Assembly (NCBI GenBank): GCA_036490655.1 | Contig: DASXDM010000001.1 | Span: 1,866 to 65,865, forward strand | Length of the DNA stretch: 64,000 nt | Direction: 5' to 3' | Source of the DNA: Verrucomicrobiia bacterium | Lineage (GTDB): Bacteria; Verrucomicrobiota; Verrucomicrobiia; Limisphaerales; UBA11358 | Shown: one piece after another, positions 45,292 to 55,260 of the stretch | Layout of the letters: each line of letters starts with the position of its first letter | Position numbering within the stretch: position 1 is the stretch's first letter | Translations under genes and position numbers: made by a program | Notes under the pieces: model-generated | What the model was told of the DNA's origin: nothing | The model's input: the letters and a program-made list of their open reading frames with translations, nothing else | Databases searched by the model: none

Positions 45292-45336
45292 TCTCACCCC
45301 TCATCCTTGATCCTTCTCCCCGTTGAGGGGAGAAGG
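45292..45336 (+). repeat. REP-like hairpin element, copy 2
   Basis: tctcacccctcatccttgatccttctccccgttgaggggagaagg. Perfect 10-bp stem ccttctcccc/ggggagaagg with loop gttga. Confidence 0.75.
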
Positions 45337-45436
45337 AAAAATGAGTCGTAACCGTGTTTCAAAGAGGACATCGTAGAGCCATGTTCCTGCCAATTTAAGA
45401 ACAATGCGTGGATACGTCCTGTAAGGCGTACATCAT

Positions 45437-45748
45437 CTAGGGCCTGACCGCTCCACATTTCCAACAGGAAGTGAATTGGGGTTCGAGATTCTCGCCACAG
45501 GCAGGGCAGGTCCAGGCGCTTCCGACAATCTTCGCCGATTCCCGCCAGGCCTGCTTGATCTGTAGCGCTTCGGCCAGCCTGGAATCTTCCTGGATCCACA
45601 ATTCCGGGGTGCTCTCGCTGATGGGGATTTCCGGGGCGAGGCCGGCGGTAAATTCATTGCGCATAACGCAGAGGATTCCGGCGCTCTCAAGCATTGCCCT
45701 GAGTTGGGCGATCTCGCCCGGAACAGGAGAGCTAAGGATTATCTTCAT
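45437..45748 (-). CDS. DUF2007-like small protein with C-terminal zinc ribbon
   Basis: ATG at 45748 (MKIILSSPVPGEIAQLRAMLESAGI...) and C-terminal CPACG...CWKCG. Confidence 0.55.
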   Translation of the reverse strand: MKIILSSPVPGEIAQLRAMLESAGILCVMRNEFTAGLAPEIPISESTPELWIQEDSRLAEALQIKQAWRESAKIVGSAWTCPACGENLEPQFTSCWKCGAVRP

Positions 45749-45752
45749 AGGT

Positions 45753-46316
45753 TCACAAATTTTTTGCGAAACTGGCGAGGATCGCCAACATGACGCCAAA
45801 TACCGCCACGACCATGATTGCTGCCAGGAAATGTCCAGAAATCAATGTTGCCACCAAACAACCGGCCGCAAGTTGGAAGGCCAGGAGCAATCCCACCTCA
45901 AAAATACTCCAGCTCTCCAGATGCGCTACCCGGTAAATCAAGCCCACGATGATGAGCGGAACAATCATCGCCCGCAATCCCATGGGACGCAACGAGGCTG
46001 GAATAAATAAAACAATCAACCAGGCACCCAGCGCCTCAATCAGGGACGCCAGACCGCTGATGATGGCTTCTTTGCCCACGCTGAGCAGTTCCATATCGTT
46101 TTCGATCACGTTGCAGAAAATGTTCAACAACACGACGGCTGCGCTTAGTGTCAAAAAAGCGATCGCCCAAAACGCTGCGAGTTCAATGGCTGCATGCATA
46201 ATCCGGCCTGAGGCCCAAACCTGCGCCCCGGCGCAAAAAACCGCAAGCGTGAAATCTTGTCCCTTGGTATTAAATTGACAATGGCGGAGCGCGCTTTTGA
46301 ATTGGCGGAATGACAT
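45753..46316 (-). CDS. hypothetical membrane protein
   Basis: 187 aa with 4-5 hydrophobic helices. Its stop lies 4 nt upstream of the next start. Confidence 0.45.
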   Translation of the reverse strand: MSFRQFKSALRHCQFNTKGQDFTLAVFCAGAQVWASGRIMHAAIELAAFWAIAFLTLSAAVVLLNIFCNVIENDMELLSVGKEAIISGLASLIEALGAWLIVLFIPASLRPMGLRAMIVPLIIVGLIYRVAHLESWSIFEVGLLLAFQLAAGCLVATLISGHFLAAIMVVAVFGVMLAILASFAKNL

Positions 46317-46537
46317 TGACGAAAAACGGCATGAAAGCAGTCGAAGTTAAAGATGCCGGCCGTAAACCTGCCGCATCTGGAACGCGATGGCGTTGATTAT
46401 AGTAAATGCCTCAAAGCCGTGACCAACAATTCAGGCGCTGACGGTACAAAATGGAATGCCGATTGAGGTTATAAGTTATCATCTTTGCCTTCGATAGACA
46501 TGCACTGGCTTTCACCGTCCAACTCTCATTTCTCAAC

Positions 46538-46849
46538 TCAATAATTCAGAAGTTTAATATTGGTGCTATTGGTTGAACCGTCGGCTGCAAGGACAACTCG
46601 TGCCCGAAAAACCTCCAAGCCCTTCCCGTCGCTGGCGATCCATATCCAGCGTCCGTCAACAAAATGCGCCGGATTGGTTTCTTGAAAGGGTTGACAGTGA
46701 TATAGAGTGGTGGCCTTGTCGTTGGCCAATTGCATGGCGGTTGACGTGGCTTGTTCTGTCGTCAAGCGTGTGTCATGTGCCATATTTCGTGGCCTGCTCG
46801 CGCATCCAACCAGAAGAACCGCAAATACGATGCTATACACTGTTCTCAT
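46538..46849 (-). CDS. small lipoprotein (weak resemblance to an NTF2-like fold)
   Basis: Lipobox LLVGC. The pattern ...EQA...A...A......LY..QPF......HFVDGRWIW... is weakly reminiscent of NTF2-fold proteins. Confidence 0.35.
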   Translation of the reverse strand: MRTVYSIVFAVLLVGCASRPRNMAHDTRLTTEQATSTAMQLANDKATTLYHCQPFQETNPAHFVDGRWIWIASDGKGLEVFRARVVLAADGSTNSTNIKLLNY

Positions 46850-47016
46850 AGATCTTTATCGCCTCCAACCGATTTAAAATTGGCATTGAAGGGAAAAATC
46901 GCAAGTGATAAATGCTGGTGGCCGCCACCGCACCGATACTTGTTCAGTTTATGTGAGTTACCAGGAAGGATTGTTTTTATGCACACAATCCAGACCGGGC
47001 GCCGTTAAGCCGATAA

Positions 47017-48549
47017 CTATTTCAACCCGCCTCTTGGGGCGGAAATTGAGCCCTGGGCAGATTTGGCCGGAGTGTTCAAGGATGCTGGTTCCAAAGTTTC
47101 ACACCAAAGGAGGATAAGGCCCAAAAACCAGGCGATGAAGAACGGATAGGAATAGCGGCCGACTTCATCGGAACTGCTGAACTGGATGATGAAGGACAAG
47201 TTGTTTTGGGCGGCGGGCAGGCAGGAGATCGTGAAAGCCAGGATGGAAAGCACGCCAATGATGACAACACATAAAGCAGTGGCGGCGAGGCGAGTTGATT
47301 TTTTCCAAAACACCATTGTTAGGACGAGCAGCAGTAACCAGGGCAGGATGGAAAGCTGGCCGTTCAAAAAAATGTCAAGGCCAGTCCATTTACCAGTCCA
47401 TGACAGATGGTCATGGGCATCGGGTTGCCACTGGAAAAAGTCGGAGCTGAAGAAGCGTCCGCCACAGTTCAGAAACAAGACCTGGGAAAAACGATGAAAA
47501 GTTGCGGCGGGTGCGGCAAATCCATCACGCCACCAATTCGATTCGGGATGCGCGATCGGTTTCTCCAGCCGAAACCAAAGATAGGGCAGGACGCTTAGCA
47601 AACAGATCAATGCGCTCCACCTCAACGTATGTTTCTTCAACCAACTTCGCCGCCGGCAGATTGCCAGCATCACACAAAACCAAACTGCCAAGAAAATAAT
47701 GCCTTCGAATTTACTCATGGCGGCTCCGACGGCTGTGAGCATTCCCGCCGCCAAATACAGTTCATCCGCGCGGACGATCGCTGTGATGAGTAGCATAACG
47801 GCCAGGCTCACAAAAAAGACCATGGGCATGGTCCCTCCTTCCCGGCGAATGAAATCGAGAGTGGCGGGCAGGAAGCAAAAGATAATGACAGCTAAAACAG
47901 GCAAGGGGTGCGGACGTTGCCAAACTTTTGCCAGTGAGAGAACTCCGACGCAGAGGGCGACGACCATCCAAAAGGGCCACACCTTATTGACGAACTCGTC
48001 CACCCCACCCACAACTCCGTAATCCAGGCAGTAGAGACACGGCACCAACAGGGGGTAATCCCAATGTGCATAGGCAAGGCCCGGTTGACGCATCCAGTAC
48101 AACAGATGAGAGCCTTGTTCCAAATACAACACCTTGGCTTTAAAGACCCAGAAGGCGTTGGCGTCGAATTCAAGGGTTCCTTCCAGGGTGGAGAGGCGTC
48201 CAAAAACCCAGCAATAAAAAAGCACGGGAAGCAAAAGTAGTAGCCAAAGTTGCTGCAACTGAAACTTGAACTGTTTCAGTTGTGCAACGGCAGGCGGAAA
48301 CATCAGGCAAATCTCTACGCCCCCCCAAAGGAGCGCGGAATAAGCCAGCGGGCCGGCGAGGTTGAACCCCGCCAGCGCTCCAGCCAATGCGGCTTGGGTA
48401 AAGATGAGCATTCCGACGGCTAGACCAAGAGCCCATCGCAATCCCGCGCCGAAACGGTCTTCAAATCCTTTACCCAGAAGCAGACGGTGGATTCGCATGC
48501 CACACAAAGCGATGGCCGGTGGCAGGATGAAGGCCAGTAAATCCTTCAT
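47017..48549 (-). CDS. polytopic membrane protein, paralog B of 32711-34228
   Basis: 510 aa. Collinear with paralog A along its whole length, roughly two-thirds identical by eye. Confidence 0.55.
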   Translation of the reverse strand: MKDLLAFILPPAIALCGMRIHRLLLGKGFEDRFGAGLRWALGLAVGMLIFTQAALAGALAGFNLAGPLAYSALLWGGVEICLMFPPAVAQLKQFKFQLQQLWLLLLLPVLFYCWVFGRLSTLEGTLEFDANAFWVFKAKVLYLEQGSHLLYWMRQPGLAYAHWDYPLLVPCLYCLDYGVVGGVDEFVNKVWPFWMVVALCVGVLSLAKVWQRPHPLPVLAVIIFCFLPATLDFIRREGGTMPMVFFVSLAVMLLITAIVRADELYLAAGMLTAVGAAMSKFEGIIFLAVWFCVMLAICRRRSWLKKHTLRWSALICLLSVLPYLWFRLEKPIAHPESNWWRDGFAAPAATFHRFSQVLFLNCGGRFFSSDFFQWQPDAHDHLSWTGKWTGLDIFLNGQLSILPWLLLLVLTMVFWKKSTRLAATALCVVIIGVLSILAFTISCLPAAQNNLSFIIQFSSSDEVGRYSYPFFIAWFLGLILLWCETLEPASLNTPAKSAQGSISAPRGGLK

Positions 48550-49034
48550 CTGAGTTGTCCCCGTGGAGTTAGGACGATGAACTGATGCGTATCGTAGTTG
48601 AAGACATCATCGAATCCGTTGCTCTGCAAGAGAGTAATTGAGTCACAGGGAGTTCCAATAAATCCCTGCTCGGAGTAAACCAGATTTGTTCCCAGCGAAA
48701 TCTCGATATCGTGAGGGAAAAGATAGTTACGCAGATAGAAATACATTCCGAGTCTTGGGGCATTCGTCTCCCCGAGCAAGCCGATGAGGAAAACACGTGC
48801 TTGAGGGTCAAGCGACCTGTCCAAATTCCGGTCGTCGGCACTGTCGATCCTGCATAACTGGTCTCTTTGGACGGGGTCGGTGATGTGGCGTAGGACATTG
48901 GCCCGGCGGATCATTGTCGCCATGATATTGGAGGAGGTGATAACCAGACCGAGCGCCACTCCTCCCAGCAACAACCCCAGCATCAGGGTTGATCCATTCA
49001 CAACGCGGCCAGACCGGTCGCGGTTTGCTTTCAT
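48546..49034 (-). CDS. single-pass membrane protein, paralog B of 34225-34782
   Basis: ATG at 49034; the ORF-track TTG is at 49079. ATGA overlap with the downstream gene. Shares the conserved C-terminal block with paralog A. Confidence 0.5.
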   Translation of the reverse strand: MKANRDRSGRVVNGSTLMLGLLLGGVALGLVITSSNIMATMIRRANVLRHITDPVQRDQLCRIDSADDRNLDRSLDPQARVFLIGLLGETNAPRLGMYFYLRNYLFPHDIEISLGTNLVYSEQGFIGTPCDSITLLQSNGFDDVFNYDTHQFIVLTPRGQLR

Positions 49035-49141
49035 TTCAACAATTTTGCCACAGACCGGTCGTGATGTAAATGTCGTCAATCCGATGCGGTGGGTTGGTTT
49101 TGGACATTGCTTTTTTGGAAATTGTTTTGGACGTTATCGGA

Positions 49142-50896
49142 ATGAGCAACCTGAGTCATTTTTTGTTACGGATCGTTGTATTGCTTCTGTTTATAAAGGG
49201 ATTGTTTTCGGACAGCGTTTTAGGCCAGGGGGCCAGTAGTTTAATCCTCGTCCATACCAATCTCGAGCCGATGGCGGCAGGAAAATTCGAGCCGACCTGG
49301 GACTCACTGAAGCAGTATCGATGTCCGCAATGGTTCCAGAACGCGAAGTTCGGGATCTGGGCGCATTGGGGGCCGCAATGTGAACCGGAGGACGGCGATT
49401 GGTACGCGCGATTGATGTATATCCAGGGCACGCCCCAGAATAAATTTCACGTGGCGCATTACGGGCCGCCCTCGCAATTTGGCTTCAAGGATGTCATCCA
49501 CGAATGGAAGGCGCAAAACTGGGACCCGGACAAGCTCGTGAAACTATACAAAAACGCCGGAGCGCAATATTTCATGGCCCTGGCGAATCATCACGACAAT
49601 TTCGATAACTGGGATTCAAAATATCAGCCGTGGAATTCGGTCAAGATCGGGCCGCAAAAGGATTTGATCGGCGGGTGGGCGGCGGCGGCGCGCAAATACG
49701 GTCTCTACTTTGGTGTGAGCGTTCACGCCTCACACGCATGGAGCTGGTATGAGCCGGCGCAAGGCGCAGACCAGGCGGGCCCGTTGGCCGGAGTGCCTTA
49801 CGACGGCAAATTGACGAAAGCCGATGGCGCAGGCAAATGGTGGAGCGGCTTGGATCCGCAGGATTTGTACGCGCAGAACCACAAGCCCAGTCCTGGTTTT
49901 GAAACTGTGACTTCCCTCTATGACCGATGGGATTGGGACAACGGGGTCAGCACCCCCGACCAGGCATATTGCGACAAGTATTACAACCGCACCATGGATC
50001 TCATCAACAAATACCATCCCGACCTGATTTATTTCGACGACACAGCACTGCCGTTGTGGCCGGTGAGCGATGCGGGCCTCAAATTGGCCGCGAATTTTTA
50101 TAACAACAACATCCAGTGGCATGGCACAAATGATGACGGTGTTCTGTTCGGCAAAGTCCTGACGCCCGACCAGCAGGAGTGCATGGTTTGGGACATCGAG
50201 CGGGGCCAGGCCAATGAGATCGAGCCGTACCACTGGCAGACCGATACGTGCCTGGGTAATTGGCATTATGACCGCGCCATCTATGACCGCAACGGCTACA
50301 AAAGCACAAAAATGGTCATCCAAATGCTCGCGGACATCGTCAGCAAGAACGGCAATCTGTTGTTGAACGTGCCCGTGCGCGGCGACGGCACCATCGACGA
50401 CAAAGAAGTGAAGGTCGTCCAGGGAATCGCGGATTGGATGGCGGTGAACCGGGAATGTATTTTTGGAACACAACCCTGGAGAGTGTTTGGCGAAGGACCC
50501 GCGTCAGCGGGAGCCAAGCTGCGTGCGCAAGGTTTTAACGAAGGCAAAGGCAAGCCGTATACTGCGGAGGACGTGCGCTTCACGCAGAAAGGCCAGATAC
50601 TTTATGCCATCGTGCTGGGAGCGCCAACGAACGGCGTCAGCATTAAATCTCTCGGCACCTCTGTAGCACCTGATGTGTCCATCAAAGAGGTTCAACTGCT
50701 TGGCGGCGGACGAAATCCCGGATGGCAGCAGACCAGGGGAGGGTTGGCGAGAAGTCTGGTGATGCATGTGCAAAATGCCCGATGGCAGCAGACGCGTGAC
50801 GCGCTGGAAATTTCGCAGCCTGAGAATTTGCCTAATGATTTCGCGATTGTATACAAAATGACCTTACGGACGAATTTGAGCGTCTCCAGGCGATAA
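49142..50896 (+). CDS. alpha-L-fucosidase, glycoside hydrolase family 29
   Basis: Signal peptide from the ATG at 49142. WFQNAKFGIWAHWGPQ, AGAQYFMALANHHDNFDNWDS, and PDLIYFDD. Confidence 0.75.
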   Translation: MSNLSHFLLRIVVLLLFIKGLFSDSVLGQGASSLILVHTNLEPMAAGKFEPTWDSLKQYRCPQWFQNAKFGIWAHWGPQCEPEDGDWYARLMYIQGTPQNKFHVAHYGPPSQFGFKDVIHEWKAQNWDPDKLVKLYKNAGAQYFMALANHHDNFDNWDSKYQPWNSVKIGPQKDLIGGWAAAARKYGLYFGVSVHASHAWSWYEPAQGADQAGPLAGVPYDGKLTKADGAGKWWSGLDPQDLYAQNHKPSPGFETVTSLYDRWDWDNGVSTPDQAYCDKYYNRTMDLINKYHPDLIYFDDTALPLWPVSDAGLKLAANFYNNNIQWHGTNDDGVLFGKVLTPDQQECMVWDIERGQANEIEPYHWQTDTCLGNWHYDRAIYDRNGYKSTKMVIQMLADIVSKNGNLLLNVPVRGDGTIDDKEVKVVQGIADWMAVNRECIFGTQPWRVFGEGPASAGAKLRAQGFNEGKGKPYTAEDVRFTQKGQILYAIVLGAPTNGVSIKSLGTSVAPDVSIKEVQLLGGGRNPGWQQTRGGLARSLVMHVQNARWQQTRDALEISQPENLPNDFAIVYKMTLRTNLSVSRR

Positions 50897-50948
50897 AATT
50901 TGTCAAAAAAAATTGCCCATTTCGATTAGTTGCATATTATAAGCTGGA

Positions 50949-52661
50949 ATGAGTCATTTGAGAAACGTCCGTGTTAATTATTCCGGACGATGGAGCGGTA
51001 TTATAAAAGCGGTTTTAAGCCTGATAACAGGTTGCTTCTGGGCTATTTCCCTGCCCGCACAACAGTCGACCAATGATTTGCCCTCGGTGGACCTGACATT
51101 GAGGGGTTATCTCCAGCGGGTCATGCAATACAACCAAACGGTCCAGGCGCAAATGGTGGATGCTTTGGCGCAAACCTACAAAGTGAAGAGTGCGCGCGGG
51201 ATATTTGAGCCGCAATTCGACACCACGATCTCCATGGAAGCTGACAAGCGGCTGAATAATGCGGAACAACAGGCCCAGGATGGATCCAATCCAACCTATG
51301 AGGACAAGAATATCATTTACGGTGGAAACCTGGACATGTTGACACCCATAGGCACAAAAGTCCAATTGGGTGCCACCATGAGTGATTTGGAAAACAATAT
51401 AAATCCTAATGGCCTACTTTCGACTTACACCTATCCCAGGCAATACCAAACTTTTGCCGGGCTGACCTTGACGCAACCGTTACTGAAAAACGCCGGGCTC
51501 ACCCCGATCATGGCGGATATCCGATTGGCCGCGCTTGATTCGAAAATTGCATTCCAGGAATATCGCCGGCAGTTGATGCTGACGATTTACCAGGCACAGG
51601 TCGCTTATTGGAACCTCTATTTTGCGCAGCAGCAAATCCAGTTCTTTGACGATTCAGTTTCCGCAGCTAAAGAGGTGTTGAATGACAGCCAGGAGAAACT
51701 GAAGGCGGGGCAGGGAGCGCAATTGGACGTGATGGAGGCGCAATCGGCGCTGGCGCTCCGCAATACCAAGCGCAATGACGCGGTGCAAAATTATTATGAT
51801 GCATTGGGCCACTTACAGGTGCTGGCGGGAGTATCGCCGGACCCCACGCGGCCGGCCTCAGGCAGTCCGATGTTTCGCGCGGTGGATGATCCGCAAACCA
51901 GCAATTCGCCGCCATCCTATGCGGACACCTACGAGGATGGATTTACCTTGAATCCAGATTATTTGATCCAGCAGGAAAAAATGAACCAGGAACGGCTGCG
52001 CCTCGGGGTGGCTAAAAACCAATTGCTTCCGGAACTGGACCTCAAGGCTGCGTATGGCTTTAACGGTTTGGCAACCAATGATCCGATAGCTTCCTGGAAC
52101 AACCTTGACTCACAAGGTTATGTTTCGTGGTCCGCCGGGTTGGAATTGATCATCCCATTGGGCGGCAACATCAAGGGGCGCAATGACCTGAAAGGAGCGC
52201 GGCTGCACCTGCAAGAGGCGTACATCAATCTCAAGGGAGTGGAGACGGAAATGGCCAATAGTTTGAGCACTTCCATCCAAAAAGCGCGGGCATGGCAGCA
52301 GAGCATCCAAAGTTACCAATCGGTGGTGGATTACAACCAGGTGTTGTACCAGACGCAACTGGCGCGGCTGAAAGCCGGTACTGTGCAGGCGCAATCGGTA
52401 TTGGATGCGGAAGCCGACTGGCTGGATTCGCGCCAGGATTTGGCCGGGGCGCTTTCGCAATATCATCAGACACTCCTGCAGATCGAATTGGCCGACGGCG
52501 CGCTGCTGGAACATTACAACCTGGAGATCTCCCAGAAAGAATTGCAGCAGCAAACCGAGGCCATGCTCGAAAACAACCAAAATTATTCCGTCCCAAAAAT
52601 TCCGCCGGCACCGGATGAATTTCCGCCTATGCCGCCCCCGTCCAAGGATTTCCCTAATTAA
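50949..52661 (+). CDS. TolC-family outer membrane factor
   Basis: Signal peptide. Two-fold repeated helical/beta organisation with an OEP-like start (LTLRGYLQRVMQYNQTVQAQ...). First gene of the four-gene operon. Confidence 0.7.
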   Translation: MSHLRNVRVNYSGRWSGIIKAVLSLITGCFWAISLPAQQSTNDLPSVDLTLRGYLQRVMQYNQTVQAQMVDALAQTYKVKSARGIFEPQFDTTISMEADKRLNNAEQQAQDGSNPTYEDKNIIYGGNLDMLTPIGTKVQLGATMSDLENNINPNGLLSTYTYPRQYQTFAGLTLTQPLLKNAGLTPIMADIRLAALDSKIAFQEYRRQLMLTIYQAQVAYWNLYFAQQQIQFFDDSVSAAKEVLNDSQEKLKAGQGAQLDVMEAQSALALRNTKRNDAVQNYYDALGHLQVLAGVSPDPTRPASGSPMFRAVDDPQTSNSPPSYADTYEDGFTLNPDYLIQQEKMNQERLRLGVAKNQLLPELDLKAAYGFNGLATNDPIASWNNLDSQGYVSWSAGLELIIPLGGNIKGRNDLKGARLHLQEAYINLKGVETEMANSLSTSIQKARAWQQSIQSYQSVVDYNQVLYQTQLARLKAGTVQAQSVLDAEADWLDSRQDLAGALSQYHQTLLQIELADGALLEHYNLEISQKELQQQTEAMLENNQNYSVPKIPPAPDEFPPMPPPSKDFPN

Positions 52662-52667
52662 ATCGCC

Positions 52668-53399
52668 ATGCTCTCAACTAAATTTTTTGGCCCGACAATC
52701 CTCTTCGTCTCAATATTCGCATTGGGCATTCCGGCCCACGCGGACACGATCCAGGTGACCGGCATCACCGAGCCGTATAATCGCGTGGATCTTGGGTTTC
52801 CCGATGCGGGCATCATCCATGTCGAAAATTTCCAGGAAGGTGACAGCGTTAAAAAAGGCGACGTGATCCTGGAGCTGGACAAGAATCTGGAGGCCATTGA
52901 GGTGACACGGACTGAAGCCATCATGACCCAGAACAAAACGGTCTATGAGTCGACGCTCCAGCTTTTTCAAAGCACCAAATCAGTGAGCCAGGAGGACCTG
53001 GACAAGTCGGCTGCGGAATATCATGTGGCCGCCGCCCAATACCAAACCGCTGTCCAGCAACTTGCGAACCGGCAGTTGATCGCGCCATTCTCCGGTACGA
53101 TCACAGAAATGCCGTACAAGCCCGGCGCGGTGGTCGCTCCGTATGTGCCGTTCGTCCAACTGGTGGACTCGTCGCGGTGTTATTTCAGAGGAAATGTGGA
53201 TGGGATCACGGCCTCAAAATTACAACTCGATGAGTCGGTCCAGATCCAGTTGCAGGGCGGCGAAACGGTTTCGGGAAAAATCTGCTACATCTCACCGATT
53301 GTGGACCCTGCGAGCGGATTGGCGCGCATCAAGGCGATTTTTGATAATACGGACGGCAAGATCCGACCGGGCGTTTCGGCCACCCTGACCGCAAACTGA
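52668..53399 (+). CDS. short periplasmic adaptor (membrane-fusion protein family)
   Basis: Signal peptide. Lipoyl-like halves GDSVKKGDVILELD and QLIAPFSGTITEMPYKPGAVV. C-terminal beta-barrel. Confidence 0.7.
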   Translation: MLSTKFFGPTILFVSIFALGIPAHADTIQVTGITEPYNRVDLGFPDAGIIHVENFQEGDSVKKGDVILELDKNLEAIEVTRTEAIMTQNKTVYESTLQLFQSTKSVSQEDLDKSAAEYHVAAAQYQTAVQQLANRQLIAPFSGTITEMPYKPGAVVAPYVPFVQLVDSSRCYFRGNVDGITASKLQLDESVQIQLQGGETVSGKICYISPIVDPASGLARIKAIFDNTDGKIRPGVSATLTAN

Positions 53400-53401
53400 T
53401 T

Positions 53402-55237
53402 ATGGAAAATGATTTCATACGCGCCCTGGAAGAACTGGCAGCGCTCAGGCAATTTTCCGGTGCCCCCAAGGATTTTTGGCCGCGTTTTCTCGCCGCCGCC
53501 GCGCGCCTGATCTCCGCGGACATCGCGGTGTTACTGCTGGGCAGTCCCGGCAAGACTCCGCATTGGTCGAAGATCGGCGATTGGGATTCCGGCTCCGGGC
53601 TCTCCCGCGTCCGCACATTATTCACTTCGCAGCTTGAACCGATCGCGGAACGCTGCCTGGGCAAAGGTAATTTTGTGGAGCAGGTGGACGCACCGACGGG
53701 AAGTTTCACCATCGCGGTCCGGCTGAAATTGTTGCGTCCGGAGGATGAAGTCATCCTGGCGGGGCAATTAAAAGATTTCACCGATGCCGCAGCACGGGAA
53801 TCGCTCACGCGCTTGCAATTGATCGCGGATGTTCCCATCGCATTCCAACAAAACCTGTCGGCGCAAAAGACGCGCCATGATGTCGAAAAATTTGCGGCCG
53901 TGCTTGACCTGAATGTGCCGGTGAACGAGGCCACGCATTTTCTCCCCGCTGCGCTCGCTTTCTGCAACGGCATCGCGACACGGTTTCGCTGCGATCGCGC
54001 GAGCCTGGGCTGGATCGAGGGCGGCTATGTGAAGCTGCGCGCCATCAGCCGCACTGAGCAATTTGACCGCCAGATGTCCGCCGCGCAAATGCTCGAGGCC
54101 GTCATGGAAGAATGCGTGGACCAGGACGAGGAAATCCTTTGGCCATCGCCCGAAGGCGTGACTACTGTGGCGCGGGACCATGAAAAATTTAGCGTGGACC
54201 AGAAATCCGGCAACATCGCCTCGGTCCCCATGCGCCTGGACGGAAAAGTCGTGGCCGTACTGACCTGTGAACGGAACGAAGCTCCTTTCAACGCTTCCGA
54301 GCTTCAGCAACTCCGCCTGGCTAGCGATCAAGTCGCGCGCCGGTTGAGTGAATTAAAACATTACGACCGTTGGTTTGGCGCGCGCTGGGGAGTGCATGCC
54401 CGCGAATATTTTGCCGGCTGGCTCGGGCCGGAGCATACCTGGAGCAAGGTTTCCGCCATTGCGATCGTCGTGGTGCTGGCGCTGCTGTTCCTGGTGCGCA
54501 TTCATTATCGCGTCGAGGGAAACTTTATTTTGCGCAGCGACCAGGCGGCGTATTTGACCGCGCCCTTTGATGGTTACATTGACCAGGTCTACGCCCGCGC
54601 GGGCGATTTGGTGACCAATGGCCAGCCGTTGCTGGCCTTGAATCGCAGTGAATTGCTGTTGGACCAGGCTTCCGCACAGGCGGATGTCTCGCGTTGGAGC
54701 CGTGAATCGGAAAAGGAACGGGCGAATGGAGACATCGCCGACATGCGCATCGACGATGCCCAGGCTAAACAAGCCCAGGCGGAACTCGACGTGGCGACCT
54801 ATCGGCTCAATAACGCCGTGATCAAGGCGGCCTTCAACGGAGTCATCGTCCAGGGGGATTTGCGTGATCGCATCGGCACACCGCTCAAGACGGGTGATGC
54901 CCTGTTCGAAGTCGCGCGCCTCGACACGCTCTACGCCGAGGCACAGATCCCTGAACGCGATGTGAAGGAAGTGCTCAGCAGTACGCAAGGACAGATCGCC
55001 TTTGTCACACAGCCAAAACTGAAATTTCCCGTGACGGTCCAGAAGATCGAACCGGCGGCAGTGACCCAAAAAGATGGCAACGTCTTTCTCGTTCGCCTGA
55101 TGCCAGACACCAGGTCCCAGGACTGGTGGCGGCCCGGAATGACCGGCTTGTGCAAGCTATCGGCGAACAAACACACTTTGTTTTGGATCCTGACGCATCG
55201 CACAGTGGATTTTCTGCGGATGAAACTTTGGTGGTGA
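53402..55237 (+). CDS. GAF-like sensor domain(s) + TM + HlyD-type adaptor
   Basis: About 330 aa cytoplasmic N-terminus, one TM helix (VSAIAIVVVLALLFLV), then LTAPFDGYIDQVYARAGDLVTNGQPLLAL, a coiled coil, and IKAAFNGVIVQGDL. Confidence 0.6.
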   Translation: MENDFIRALEELAALRQFSGAPKDFWPRFLAAAARLISADIAVLLLGSPGKTPHWSKIGDWDSGSGLSRVRTLFTSQLEPIAERCLGKGNFVEQVDAPTGSFTIAVRLKLLRPEDEVILAGQLKDFTDAAARESLTRLQLIADVPIAFQQNLSAQKTRHDVEKFAAVLDLNVPVNEATHFLPAALAFCNGIATRFRCDRASLGWIEGGYVKLRAISRTEQFDRQMSAAQMLEAVMEECVDQDEEILWPSPEGVTTVARDHEKFSVDQKSGNIASVPMRLDGKVVAVLTCERNEAPFNASELQQLRLASDQVARRLSELKHYDRWFGARWGVHAREYFAGWLGPEHTWSKVSAIAIVVVLALLFLVRIHYRVEGNFILRSDQAAYLTAPFDGYIDQVYARAGDLVTNGQPLLALNRSELLLDQASAQADVSRWSRESEKERANGDIADMRIDDAQAKQAQAELDVATYRLNNAVIKAAFNGVIVQGDLRDRIGTPLKTGDALFEVARLDTLYAEAQIPERDVKEVLSSTQGQIAFVTQPKLKFPVTVQKIEPAAVTQKDGNVFLVRLMPDTRSQDWWRPGMTGLCKLSANKHTLFWILTHRTVDFLRMKLWW

Positions 55238-55260
55238 AGTGGCAATCCGTTTTTTGATCA

